A DNA stretch of 64,000 nucleotides from assembly GCA_001643675.2 (NCBI GenBank), contig LSRY02000009.1, positions 1,364,001-1,428,000 of the forward strand, given 5' to 3'. The stretch is from Monocercomonoides exilis PA203 (taxonomy: Eukaryota > Protista > Preaxostyla). The notes under the pieces are model-generated. The model saw only the letters and a list, made by a program, of their open reading frames with translations. It was not told the DNA's origin and ran no database searches. The position numbers and the translations under genes are program-made. Below are positions 24,455-37,388 of the stretch, one piece after another; within the stretch, counting starts at the first letter, position 1; every line of letters begins with the position of its first letter.

Positions 24455-26022
24455 CCCTTTTTTTTTTTTTTTAAAACCCGGACTTTTTATTAAAATTCAT
24501 ATATCTCGACAAGTTTCAAAAATTAAAAAATAATAATTCATATATTCATGCATCAGAATATAACACATCTAACCATATTTGAATTTTTATTTATTGTGTT
24601 GTATTGATGAATAAATAAATAATTTTTATTTTTGAAAATCCGACTTTTGATGAATTTTTCTATTTTAATGAAACGATTCGATTCATTTTTTATACACGCA
24701 ACTTTGTTTTTCCATGATGTAAACAATTCTGGTTATTTTTTATTTTCCACAATTTGCTCTTTCTAACGGAATGAAAATCTGTCATTTTCAAAAAATCACA
24801 GTCAATGGGACAACTTAAAAAATATTTTTCATTAAATGCAAAAGCATCTAACTAAAACTAACACTTGCAGTTATGAATATTATAATTATATATAATTACC
24901 ACAAAGTTTTATTTGAAAATGATTTTGTAGGGATTCACAAAAGTTATTTGTTTTTTCTATTGATGGTTTTTTTGTTTCTTTTTTTTTGAAATTTGAAAAA
25001 TATTAATTTTTCAAAATCTTCGCTGAATCATTTTCAAATATAACTTTGTGGCAATTTTATATAATTATTATATTCATAACTGCAAGTTAATCCTATGTGA
25101 CATGATACGAAAAAAAAGAAAAAACTCAAAAATGACAGACATGATATTTTCAATTTTTGCATTTTTTTGTCACTTTTATAAAACAAGTGAACGTTTTTAA
25201 CAACTTAAAGCATTTTTCGTTTTTAAACGTTATGAGTTTATTTATGTTTTTGCATCATATTTTGCTCAACTTTCCATGAAAATCAAAACACTTTCAAATC
25301 ATTTTTTTGCAAGTGACAAATTGATCAAATAAATATATTGTGGTTTTGTCACTTGTCAGATCTGTCACTGACAAGTCAGATCTGTCATATTGTCATTTTG
25401 TCATTTTTTGAGATGCACATTTTTTTGAGAAAAAACAGAAAAACCAAAACATTTCATTTGTTTGTGAGGAAAATTCTCATTTGTCACATTTTGATCTGAA
25501 AATAAAGAATAAATTTTGTTTGATTGTTTTATTGGGTTTTTATTGTTTTTAAAGTCTTTTATAAAAAGCATTATTGCGTTCTCTGTTCTTGTTTCAGTTT
25601 TCATTTAACAATTTTTGAACTAACTATTGAAAAAATATCCTGTTTTGAGAATTCATCATTAACATCAACATTTTTTGTTTGTTATTTGTATGAAAGCATG
25701 AAACACTAAATGTTATGCTGAATTACACTTTATCACTTTTGCTTTCATTAAAAATCTTACCAAACATTGATTGTTGTTTAACATTTGACAAATTGCTAAG
25801 TTTTCTTAAATAATAATAAATAAACGTTCAAAGAACAATTCTTCATTTACAACCTAAAACAAATAAAAAAATATTTCTTTTTATTGAGAAATAATTTTTT
25901 TTCTATTTTCAAATAATGTCGGAATTTTTAAAAAAATTCTTTTATAAAAGAATATATAGGTGATTTTTTATTTGATATCATAAAAATTCCGAAGTTTGAT
26001 CATAAAAAATTTTCATTAAGGG
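24455..26022. mobile_element. Possible non-autonomous piggyBac-like element
   Basis: TTAA|CCCTT left end and AAGGG|TTGG right end. Weak subterminal inverted matches (AAAATCCGAC at about 24635, GTCGGAATTT at about 25918). Confidence 0.35.
24863..25087. repeat. 225-bp inverted-repeat element (MITE-like hairpin)
   Basis: ACTTGCAGTTATGAATAT...ATATTCATAACTGCAAGT with arms of about 60 bp. Confidence 0.75.
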
Positions 26023-26799
26023 TTGGGTCTATCAGAAAATATTTTTGTTTTTTTTTTTGTGCGAAAATATACATTAATATATTGTTATTATTAATTATTT
26101 GTTGATTTTTATTTGTTTCCAATTGTTTTTATTAAAAAATTTGAAAAAATATAAAAAAATTTATAAGAAAATATCGATAATTCAATAAACAAAACAAAAC
26201 AAAAGTTCACTGGTTTGTAAAACATGATAATAATTACAACAATATGTAATCAACAATTTTTTAATATGAAAATTAGTTTTATGATGTTATTTCAAAGAAA
26301 TTTTAAAAATGAAATTGAAGATCTTTAAACATTTGATCAAAATGAACAATTTTCAAAAACACAAATGAAAAATATAATAGTTAAACTACATATTTATCAG
26401 ATATACAACAATATGTAGTTGATATTAGCTTGGAAATAAATAATATTTTAAAGAAGTTATTTTAATAAATTGATCAAAGTTTTTTAAAAAATTACAAAAA
26501 AAATATTTCAAAAAATGAAAAGAAATTCATTAATTTTTTCTTTTTTCACTAAAAAAGCTCGCAACTATTATGGTCTCATCTTTCTCATCCTCTGTACTTT
26601 TTTTTGGCATTGCCTCAGTTGCTTGGTAAACATTCCATTCAACAATTTTTCTGAATATATTTCTCTGTGCTATTTCTTCTTCTTCGAAAAACACTTTGAA
26701 AGCTGCACATATATGTCTCTAAGTTTCATTGAATTCTTCAAGGGCATTGCTTGGTTCAGTTTCAACGTTGATTTGAGAATGCAAAGGTGACTTTAGAAA

Positions 26800-27999
26800 G
26801 TGGAGAGGATTTTCTGGCTGATAACAATCAGCTCTTGGAGTCTTGTGCTATGCGAGATCGAAACCCTGGGCGAAGTGGCGAGCACGTTGTTTTCACAGAT
26901 CAAGTGCACTGGGAGCAGCAGCGTGGTGGAGTGCAGCGAGTGTATGATTGGTGGAGGGGAGAAGGGGAGCGGAGATGGGGGATGTGTGAAGATGGCCGGG
27001 GTCGGAGGAGGCGGTGCAAGGCTGGAGATGGAGAACTGCACAGTGGCGATGTGCAGCACCACAGGCAGCGAGGCCCGAGGAGGCGGCGTTGCAGCCGAGC
27101 TGGCAGCCGGGGCAGCCCTGCTGATAAACGGCTCGACCTTCGAGTACTGTGCTGCTGCTGCTGCGGCTGGCGGAGGCCAGGCACAGACACATGGCCTGGG
27201 CGGTGCGGTGTTCGTGGGGGAGGCAGATGCTGCCAGGCTGTTTGCCCTCGAGCACGTGGTGTTTGCCAGATGCGATGCGTGGAAGGGCAGAAAGGTGTTT
27301 GTGTCCGCCACCGTGCTGTCCGCAGTGGCTGATGCCGCCCATTTCAACTGGAACATGACCAGCGCCGACCTCAGCACCCTCGACGAGCTCGGCGGATTCG
27401 AGCTGACCACAGCCGATCCCAACCGCCCCATCCCGCTTGCCGTGTATTTCTGGACCAACATCACCACCCACGTGTTTGTCGACGGAGACACAGGCTTCGA
27501 CTTCAGTGCATGTGGGCACTCTGCTGCTCCCTGCCTGACCATTCCTCACGCCCTTTCCCTCAGGCTCTCCCCGCTTCCCCTCCCCTCCTCCATCCTCTCC
27601 ATCGCCTCCCACTCCTCCATCCCCGAGCCTCTCCTCCTCCTCCTTCCCCATGCCACCACCTCCCCCTCGCCCGCCTCCCTCCCGTCTCTTCGCATCCACG
27701 GCTGCGCCCCAGACACCCCGGTCCTCGTCTCCGATCCCACACACAGCCAATCCGTCGCCTTCCTCGCCTCTTCTGTCGACCTCGCCATCGACGCCATCTC
27801 CTTCCTCCTCCCTTCTGCTCTCCCCCACCACTCCTCCTTCATCCTAACATCTGCCCCAGACGCTGCTCTCCTTTTGCAGCGCTGCTCCTTGTGGCTCCTC
27901 AACCGCGGATGCACCCTCCACGGCATCCCTGCTCACCACCCTTCTCCGCTTTTCATTTCTGAGCTTGACTGCGTTCGAGAAAAGGAACATATGAAATGA
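26800..27999 (+). CDS. GC-rich beta-helix surface-like family ORF (probably a gene fragment or exon)
   Basis: 399-aa open frame with 'ARGGGV', 'GLGGAVFV', 'IPLAVYFW', 'GFDFSACGHSAAPCLTI'. Starts at a non-ATG codon with abrupt GC boundaries. Confidence 0.6.
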   Translation: MERIFWLITISSWSLVLCEIETLGEVASTLFSQIKCTGSSSVVECSECMIGGGEKGSGDGGCVKMAGVGGGGARLEMENCTVAMCSTTGSEARGGGVAAELAAGAALLINGSTFEYCAAAAAAGGGQAQTHGLGGAVFVGEADAARLFALEHVVFARCDAWKGRKVFVSATVLSAVADAAHFNWNMTSADLSTLDELGGFELTTADPNRPIPLAVYFWTNITTHVFVDGDTGFDFSACGHSAAPCLTIPHALSLRLSPLPLPSSILSIASHSSIPEPLLLLLPHATTSPSPASLPSLRIHGCAPDTPVLVSDPTHSQSVAFLASSVDLAIDAISFLLPSALPHHSSFILTSAPDAALLLQRCSLWLLNRGCTLHGIPAHHPSPLFISELDCVREKEHMK

Positions 28000-30900
28000 C
28001 GCTTCTTGAAATCTGTAGTTCTATGCTGTTAAGATGAAGAGAGTAGAGATGGAGATTGAAAGAAATCATTTCAAAGAAAATAGATTCTGGTACGAAACAA
28101 AAGAAAAAGAAAGAAAAAAAGTGCAAAACGAACAAAATCTGAAAGATAAAAGGAGGAGAAAAGAAGGAAATAGAAAGAAAAGAAGTGAAAGGATTAAATG
28201 AAGGCAAAGGGATAATTGACAAATAAAAGGGAGAACAAAAAGAATATTCTTAAGAAAATCAGAAGAGAATGAAACAGTCCAACAAAGTTCAATTGTTACT
28301 GAAGATAGAAAACAACAGAAGCTGCTTTATCATTTGCATCTCCTTCTTACCATTCCTTCCCCTCTGCATATGCCTCTTGCTCTCCCTAAACTTTTCCTTA
28401 TGATTCTCCTCATTTTACTCTCTTTATTATCACTCTCATCTTGCCGGATAGAAACAACATTTTTCTCCATAAGCGACTCATTTCAATGAATAAAACTGCT
28501 TTCCTTCTGCTCTAATTTCAAACCTGTAACTTTCTCATTCTCTTCCTTTTGCTCTTTTCAACAACAGAAAGGAAACTTCATATACAGCCCTTTCCTCCCT
28601 ATGGAGTATGACTCGTCTTGCACACTTTCTCCTTTCCTTTTCCACTACCCTCCACTCGCTCCTATTTCCTCTCAGAGTTGTTTCTGTTGAGTTTTATCAA
28701 ATTCTCATTTGTCTTCAGCAAGGTCTATTCGATTTCTTGCTCTATCAGAGCGATTAACCAGAAAAAATTCTGTATGTCGCATTAGTGGCTGTTGAAGAGA
28801 AGAGGAAGAAAAAAATTCAGATGTTGAAGATAAAGAAGATGTTGAGAACTTCACCGCAACTTGCTTCAACGCTATAATAGCGCAGCGAATGAATGAGAAA
28901 GCGAAAATTGATGAGGGATTGCTTTTTCTTTCTTTCAGACCTAATACTGAAAAAAGAAAGTTAAACTTGTAAAGGTGTGTATTTGGTGACTTAGACATGG
29001 CTTCTCTGCTGTCATGTGAAGCAGGTTCTTTCATTGGTGATGGATTGGTCTCACATTCAACAGCCTCTTCTGTATTCCTCTTTTCTGCTAATCCTTCTTC
29101 TTATTTCGATTCCAATTGTTTTTATTCTTATTCTGATCTATTTTGTTGTCAAATACCCTCCGTTAAAAGATTAATAAATTTGTCAACTTCAAATTTCATT
29201 TTCTTCCTCTTTTGCACCCCAAAAGACGTTTGTTGTAAATTGCACAGATGAAAAGAGTCTGAGATGATTCGCCATTTACAAAAAGGTTTTGGAGTGGAAC
29301 TATGTTTTGAAGTTTCGATACTTGTTTGATTCGACTGAAGTGAATTCCTTTCTTTGAACATTCTTCTGGTTCTCGTTTCATTCTCTCTTCTTCTTTTTTT
29401 CTAACTTTTCTCTTTTTCAATCCATTTTCTTTCTTCTTTTTCTCTTTTAAATTTTTCTTTCTCTTCTCATTTAAGTCCTTCCTCCTTCTTCTTCCTTTAT
29501 TCTTCTACCTTTCTGACCTTTCTTCCTCTTTATTTTTCAATCTCTCTTTTTCCTCTTTCCTCTTCCTCGTCTACCTTCATAAGCCATGGTGAAACTATTG
29601 CTGAATGATTCGTTCAAGTTTATGCATTTGCTCTCCTTCTCGTTCAAAGTGAGTTTGGGGAATGTCTGCAACTTCTGCTGAATTTGTGTGGCATAGCCCA
29701 ATGGAAAGGGGATTAGATTTCTCAATCGCCAATATGGGTTCCCAAATACCGAAGCAAAATTGGTAAAACTGAAAACAAAAAAGGGCTGTTTTTCATGTCT
29801 GCAAAGAATTTTGACGGAAATTTTGTTATTAAAGCATACACAAGTCCATTTCGCATACTTGAAATAAGAATGTTTTTCCAATAAGTCTAAGAAATTGAAA
29901 TACAATTGGTTTTGATGACGTGCATTTGAATGCTTCTTCACTGCAGAAAGTGCATCTAATTAATGGAGAGACGAAATGCGCATTCAGGCTCAAACAGCAC
30001 ACGTGAGCTCCTGTTCTTGATTCTTCTTCCTTAATCCTTTCTTCTTCTCCTTTTTCCTCTCCAAATGACGTTTTTGAATATATCTCTTCTCCTCTTCTCC
30101 ACTCTTTCAATTTGATGTTTGATAACACAAATATAAGCCTATCTCCCCTTTCCATATCTTCTCTTGTTCATAAAAGGAATCTCTCTCACGCCCCAGAAGT
30201 ATCTCCACAAAACTGCCTTTTCTTATTGTAAATCAGTCACACCTTCTTTTTCGTGAAAATTTCACCAAAATTTATTCAGTTGCCGTCTTTTGCTATTCTA
30301 CCCAAAGCACATAAATATGGTTTCTTTCTAAACCCCAAATTCAAATGAGGTTGATGTTGATGATTCGTCAAAGGATTTCACTGTTTAAATAACAAAAGAA
30401 TTATCTTTTAATAATCAATGCCAAATAAAAATCGTAAGAAAAAAGAAGAATAAAATAAAAAATAAATTTAATTAAAAACTTCAATTGATTCACAGTCATC
30501 GTTATCTGCACCAAATCCAGATTTATTCCCACACCCCTTCCCTTCTTCTTCCTCTCATTTCTTTCCTTTCGTTCCTTCTTCTTTTGTTCTCGTTCGTTTC
30601 CTTCCTCCACTCCCAAGCTTCTGTAACAAACACCTTCCTTGTCCCACGTCTGATCGAAGTATTCTTTTGCTTTTCTTGCTCAACTGCTGCTATCTCCCGC
30701 TATCAAACAGCTGAATCGCCTTTGATATGGCATTAACTTTCAAAAGTTACAGAAACATTTCTGAATTAATAAAACAACCTTTCAACAGCTGATACGTTGC
30801 AAGATGATGAAGGAATTAATTGTTTCTTTTGTTGGCATGTCAGTGATCACACAGACAGCGAACTTGGTTTATGCCTTTGAAAATATGTTCGATTGAAAGC

Positions 30901-32016
30901 AACATATGAAGAATTCCTCATATTTGAAAACAATTACTATTAGAAGCTGCAACGCAAGAAACACAGTCCAACAGCATTTCAATAAGAGATAAATAAATTA
31001 AGTAGTAGTCAAAGAAATTGTGCAGTCTCGATGTTCGTCTAAGAAAACATCTCCGTCTTGTCCAACGCATGCAAACACCTCAGCGCACCCGATACGAATC
31101 AAGAAACTCACCACAAATCAACTCCGCATCGAAGTCACGCAAATGGAGCATAACAATAAAATCTCTGGCTTTCTGCGCTTGAAGAGGCTGATCAATAATA
31201 TTCTGTATTTTTCTGTAGTTGCCTGCAGCGTCGAAGAAAACAAACCTCGAATGATTATCGCCTTGAATGCTCAAAATGGCTGTTCCTTCGAAGAATGAAA
31301 TCCAGATGCAATTGGGTAGAATGTTGTTCTTCCGCCAACAAATATGAATAAAAACGCAGTGAGACAGGTTTTCTCCGAGATAATGAGTGTTGTTCACAAT
31401 TTATGGGTGGTTTAAGTGAAAAACTTCGCCCTCCCCAAATGACGTGGAAAAGGAGCGAGACAAAAGTATAAACAATAACATTAAAAAATAATTTAGTAAT
31501 AATAAATTAATGCATTATCCGCTTCACTTCACCACCGACTTCGCCTTTTCACCTTGGTCACGAAGACCAGAGGGCAGGGGACGTTGCCCCTCGGAGCTTT
31601 CTCCTGCAGGCCGTGCAGGGGTCCGGTGAGGCGAGTAATCTTGGAGCAGAAAGAAAAACCACTCTCGCTTTCGCAAGGCGTGGAAAAGATAACTGCGTGT
31701 ACTATGCTCTGCCTCCCGCTCCTCTGTTGCATCGTCAGAGCAAACCCTATCATCGCGCACTATGTAGACCAATCTGATTCTTCTGTGTGAAGAACAATCG
31801 TTATCGTGTTGGATAGAGAGCTTTTGATTAAACTTGTTTATTCTTTCTATTTGTATCTTTCCAGGCTCTAGGCGTACGCTAATCTCTTCTGGCGTCTGAT
31901 CTTCTTTTCTCTCTTTCTCTATCTCTCCCCTTTTTTCTCGCCATCCTCTCACTAGCATGTCGCTCTTCCTCGAACCCATCCGCGTATCATCTATCCATCC
32001 GCGTTCGTATTATTCC

Positions 32017-32106
32017 GGAGCAAATATTGTCTCACTGCGTTTTTATTGATTCGCAATGGAGCGAATCAACAAACGCAAGAAGCTTGTTTGCTCCTCGATA
32101 ATGAGT
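32017..32106. repeat. ICR of DIRS family B
   Basis: 32017-32047 is complementary to 31347-31376, and 32049-32106 is complementary to 37331-37388. Confidence 0.9.
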
Positions 32107-32235
32107 CTCGAAATCCCTCCTATCTCAGTACATGTGATCTAAAACCCCCTTCCTAGCACTGTCTAGTGAGGCGGATGTTTGGAGGGACTGCGGATGAAGG
32201 TGCGGCCCTTGTCTCTTCTCCCTCCCTTACTTGGG

Positions 32236-33591
32236 TTATCTTTGAGTTGACATCGATCTGGCCCTTGCCTCTTCAGTATCGTTCCCTATCTGTCCAATAC
32301 TCCTTCCGCTACGCCTCTTCCGATCTTTTCCCCTCCTCTTCAGCGGAGTTGCATCCTTCTCTCCCGTAAGCACACAAATGCTGTTGGTGATTATGGAGGG
32401 TGTTTTCTTACTACTCGGTTGTCGGGATGCTGAGTTTCGTGACTTTGCCGTTTCACTTTTCTTTCCTTCTTCACTCAGGAGTTTCTTTCTACCTTTTGAT
32501 CGCTTTCTCGTAAGCTTCTTCTCTATCTCAGATCCCGCTTTGGGTAATTCCTCTGTGCGATCCTTCATATCTGCATCTGCTATCTCCAGTGTCCCTTCCT
32601 TCGTGTCTCAGCTCTTATCTGTCTTATAATCTTCTCCCCTCTGGAGTACTGATCCCCCGATTGTCTCCAGGATCCAATTTGTGTCTTGCACCGGTAACGC
32701 GGTATAGTTTTCCTGGGCCACTCTCGAACCCGGCGCCCATCTCGCATACGCATTGATCGCCTTCCAATCTGCATCTTGTTGTCTTGCAAAATGTGTTATC
32801 ACAGCGTGTCTTATCGAGTTTGCGGTAAATGTGTCTGGTATTCAGTTTTCTCTCAGGACCGCCACTAATTCTTCTTTGATCCTCTGCAGGTTATCAGGTC
32901 TACTCCCTTCTATGTCAAATCAGATATGCTTGTCTCAAAAAGATGACTTTGAAAAATCCATCCATCGTTGGAGCGCTTCAACTGCATCGATACGTGGGTT
33001 TTGGTGGTTATTTGAAATAACTTTGATAATCTCACCTCCAGACGTTTTGATCTGTCCTTGCGTAAGTATTGTATTATCCTTGAATGTCGTTGTCTCACTT
33101 CTCATTCTCTCCAGCTCTGCTGGCCTTTAAGCTCCAGAAATCATAACGAGGATGAGGGCTCTCTTCTGAAGTGTTTGTGGGTCTGTCATATTGAAAATGG
33201 CTTTTTCCCAATTTGTGATGATTGGAATGTCCCACATTGATTTGTATCGCTTGCCCTTTCTCGGCTTCTCTCCCATATAAGTTTTTTTAAATATATCTAT
33301 ATTCTTCCCATCAATCTTCGTCTCTCTGAAGAGATAAACAGAAATCAGTTCTTTCCGTACTGTCTGATAAATGACTACACTAGACAGGTTAGTGTTTGAA
33401 AGCGTTCCAGTAAACTCTGCCAAAATCCATTTGGCATCTCTAATTGTGAGGGGGTCGGTATCATCCATGCTCTCTCTATCAAGAAACTGCTTAAATCTTC
33501 GTAGCGCTCTCCACGTATCCCTTTCATTCTTATGGTTTTTCAGTATTGCTGCTGCTATGTCCTTTGCTCCAACGTATTCTCTACATGTCAA
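32236..33591 (-). pseudogene. Tyrosine recombinase of DIRS B (stops and frameshifts)
   Basis: 'ISGA*RPAEL', 'FTANSIRHA', 'ARWAPGSRVAQENY'. Confidence 0.85.
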
Positions 33592-36022
33592 GAAGAGGTC
33601 CCTTCCCTGTATATTCTCTTCTCCAGTGTGTGACGCTTATCACCTTTCCTGGGGGTAATTTCCAGCCTTCCCTTCTCATCTTCGCTCCCGGTATCATGCA
33701 CTCCTGAAAGGTACCCAGGGTCTTTGTCAAATGCCCAGGCTGCAGTGGCGGGGTCCAGGTCTGCCCCCGCCATGCTGGCAGAATCAGAATCGTCAGATTC
33801 CTCTGAGCTTCGTTCATCTTCTCTTTCATCACTCGCCCAATGTTTCTCAGGAACGGGTGGACTAGCACTATGTCGTCTTCTGGTGTTCCTTCCTCTCTCT
33901 TCCTTCTCATGGAGGATAGTCTCCAAGTACTTCCGCAGGGCACCGGCGCAATCTGTTCTGAAATTGTATCTTGTGTTCTCGGTGCGATTGACTGTAATAT
34001 CTCTGCGACTTTCTCCCCCTTCAGTGCGTAGTCCGGCTTCTTCGCCATCCGGCTGAGTGCATCTGCTTCCGTGTTCTGCTCTCCCGGGAGATGTTCCGTC
34101 TGTATTGTTAAGTCCAGGCTGTTCAGTTTCTTCTCCAATGCTCTCAGTGTTGGGATGAGCGATGGCGCTCCCCTTTTCTTCTGGATTGTCCATCTCGTGG
34201 ACATGTTGTCTGTCTTCAGACGAATATGATCTATCTTCTGTTGTTGCAGCCATGCTCCTTTCCTTTCTAGAGTCCTCAACACTGCTCTGGACTCCTTTTC
34301 GTTTATCGCTAACGCACTCTCCTGGGGGGTCCAACTTCCGTGGATATATATCTTCTCCTTTCTGTTTTCTGTCGGTATTGTTAATACTGCAACTCATCCC
34401 AGCTCTGACGCATCCGTTGTTTGTACTGCTGGCCTAGTTCTCTTCCTTTAATAACTCGGTCTGTTCTCTAGCAGGATCTTCTTCCAATGTGTCAACTCTC
34501 CTAACATCATTGGGGTGACTATCACCGTTCCCTTCCAGCTCCCGCGGGCTATTGCCTGCCTCAGCACGTGTTGCATGCGCTTCATCCACAAGCTCGCTGG
34601 TGGGTGTTGTAACCTCACAAAATTCAGCCTCCCGAGGAGTGCTGCTAAGTCCCTCGTCTTTTGTCTCCTCCTCTTCTTTGCATGTGCTATCCACTTTCGC
34701 ACATCCTCCCGGAGCAGCACTCTCTTCCTCTCTTGGAGCGTCACTTCCATCTTCTCTGAATTCCACAACCATCTTAAAAACTCCGCACTCCCTATGGGCT
34801 CCAATTTCAGCTTCTCTTCTGACAGTATCCAGCCCAAATTTCTCAGGAACTGGGCTATCTCCTGTGAGATCAATCTCAATGCATCCCTGTCTGAGTGCAT
34901 GAGGAAAATGTCGTCCAGATAAATTACTAGCTTGACTTTCCACTTTTCTCTGATGAACGAGGCTGCCCTTTTTGTTATCTTTGTGAATGCTCTGGGAGCA
35001 TCTTTCGCTCAAAAAGGCATCCCTACGTTAGCGTAGCATTGATTCTGAAAGCTGAAACGCATATAGGGACTGAATTGCTCGTCCACCTTTACATACTGGT
35101 ATGCACTCGATATGTCCAGAGTGGTCATCCAATCGCTCTTCTCCAGGAGTTCCACCACTGTTTCCTGGGAATCCATTTTGAAGTGCTTTCCCTGCACTTT
35201 CTCGTTTAGAGCTCTGCAATCCAGGATCTTCCTCCACTTTCCGTTTTTCTTTCGCACCATGAATGTCTGGTTGAACCACTTCACCTCCGACTCCTTTATG
35301 GGCTTCACCACTCCTTCCTTCAACTCCTCCTCCAAGAGGGATAAATAATTGTTTGTCATCTCTGTTGTTCCCCGAAATTCTTGTCTGTGTTTTCTCTCCT
35401 CGAGTGAGATTGGGGATTGGGGACTTCTCCATCGAGCCCTTATTCCACAATTCACTAGTTTATCTCCCCAAATCTTCTTCCACTCGCTCAGCCTGTTCAC
35501 TAGTCTCCCAGGCAGTGGTTCCTTCGGTGATCCAATCACTATTCTCTTCCTCACTTCTGGAGTCTTGTGGCCATGATACATCTGTGTATCCCCTTCTCCC
35601 TCGAGAGTATCGACTATAGCTATCTTCGAGCACATCTCCAGGGCGCTCCCAATTGGGGACTCGATAGCAGTCCCAGAAGCTCTCTAGACTCCCTTCTCTT
35701 TTTCCTTCCCGGATTTCCGATCGTTCTTCTGTCTTGTCTAACGAAGATATGCTGAGCCTTTTTCTGTGTTCTTTCTCCATGTTCCCATCTCGTGGTCTCT
35801 CGAGATTTCTTGATTTATCCTTTTCTCTCGATCGAACGGACTCTGTGCCTCTTCGATATTCACGCAATCTCCCACGGGTTCCGTTCTTGTAACTTTGTCT
35901 CGATTGAATGGAACTCTTTGTTGAATTGTCAATCCTTCGAAAGTCGACAGCTTTCTGTCTGTATCTGTCTCGCGGCTCTCTCTCCTCTCTCTCCTCTCTT
36001 CTCTCTCTACTCTTACGACCAC
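33581..36022 (-). pseudogene. pol (RT-RNase H-degenerate MT) of DIRS B
   Basis: Single frame with in-frame stops (35738, 35009, 34448 and one in RNase H). YLDD intact. Confidence 0.9.
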
Positions 36023-37248
36023 TTGTTGGCCCCACTTATTGTTTCCGTAGCTGTCCCTCCTTTAATCCTTGGGGGAGTTGGTAACAATAATCCAGTGATA
36101 GGGGCTGGCTTTCCAGTGATGATTGGAACAAACTGTGCCTGAAACTGGGGTGTTCTCCTCATTCCCCTGAAATTCGTGAAGCTCCTTCCATGTATACGTT
36201 TCTGGAGATTTCTGCATTCGAATCCATGGGCATTCCTGCCCGAGCTGAAACTTCCAGAGAGCCCACTTCTATACGTTGCGGGCCCGAAACCCGTTGTGGA
36301 GTCAGGAGATGCACCGTATCCTGTTGCATCTCCCTCTGCTTGAAAAAAACTGGTGCTCTCTTCCAGCTTCCTCAGGTAATTCGGCACATCTTTGGATATT
36401 CCTCCTTCTAAAAAGCCCTTCGCGCTTTCCCAACCCGATTGGGGGATAACATTCAGTAGGTTTATTCTGCTAATACAGTCGGCGATAAGCGCATATGCAC
36501 AAAATAATCCTCTCAATCGTTCCTTCTCCTCTTCCATAAGGTGCACCTTCTCCAGTTCCTTCACTGTTAGCGATGCAATTGCTTTAGCTGCCTCAAAGCC
36601 CGATTCGAGGGCCTGCTGGAGGATTTCAATTGCTCTGCTTGCTTCCGGTGAATCTCTTCTCCCCTTTGTTGTGATGGCTGTTCTGGCTAGCGCATTCCAG
36701 CTTGTATCCGTGTGTCCCGTGAAAAATTCCTTCTCGATCTCCGGAATAAATGTGTTCAGTATGTCATCTCTCATCCTGATTGATCCAGCTTTTCATAAAT
36801 CCATGAACATTCTCAGTTCGCTCGCTTGTCTCCGGGGAGTCAGCCACTCCCTGGGAAAAATTCCTGCAAAGTCTTCTGTTCCTTCTTTCTCTTCTTGCCG
36901 TTCCAACTCTTCAGAATCCCAGTCACTGTACTCTTCGTCTTCCCGTCTCTTCATCCAGCTATATGTGCGACTTTATCTTTCACGCTTTCCTTGTTTCCCT
37001 CTCGCGATCAGATCATTGAAATCTACCCCCGACTCCGACTCGCTCGATCTCGATCTGCTTCTTCTCCTTACTCGTTCCCTCTTCACTTTTCTCATTGGCA
37101 GCATCCCCGTAGCTCCAGACTGCATTGACAGTGTTTGGCTTCTTGTGATTTCTTCAATCATGTCTTCTACCCTTGAAAGCCTATGTGCAAGATCAAATCC
37201 TCTGTCCCCGACTTCGCTATTTGGCACTCTAACAGTATCTTGAGTCAT
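36013..37248 (-). pseudogene. gag-like ORF1 of DIRS B (one nonsense at 36973)
   Basis: ORFs 36973-37320 and 36013-36774 share a frame. First ATG downstream of the left ITR is at 37248. Confidence 0.7.
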
Positions 37249-37388
37249 TCTGCCTGCGGACAATGGAATGTGAACAAAATTAAATTGTTGGCGAAGTTTG
37301 ATCTTAAACCACCCAAACATAATAATTAATACTCATTATCGAGGAGCAAACCTGATTCTTGCGTTTATTGATTCGCTCCTTTGCGAAT

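Larger units (their letters stand above)
31347..37388 (-). mobile_element. Full-length DIRS-type YR retrotransposon, family B (about 6.0 kb, ORFs disabled)
   Basis: Imperfect ITRs at 31347-31430 and 37290-37388, ICR at 32017-32106. gag, RT ('WRKILDCRALN', 'TTLDISSAY', 'VIYLDD'), RNase H ('TTDAS', 'KTDN', 'ADALSR'), MT remnant and YR. Confidence 0.95.

Noticed and set aside
36392-37243. 283-aa plus-strand ORF and other antisense ORFs over the DIRS elements
   Set aside because: They are shadows of purine-rich minus-strand coding sequence and have no motifs.
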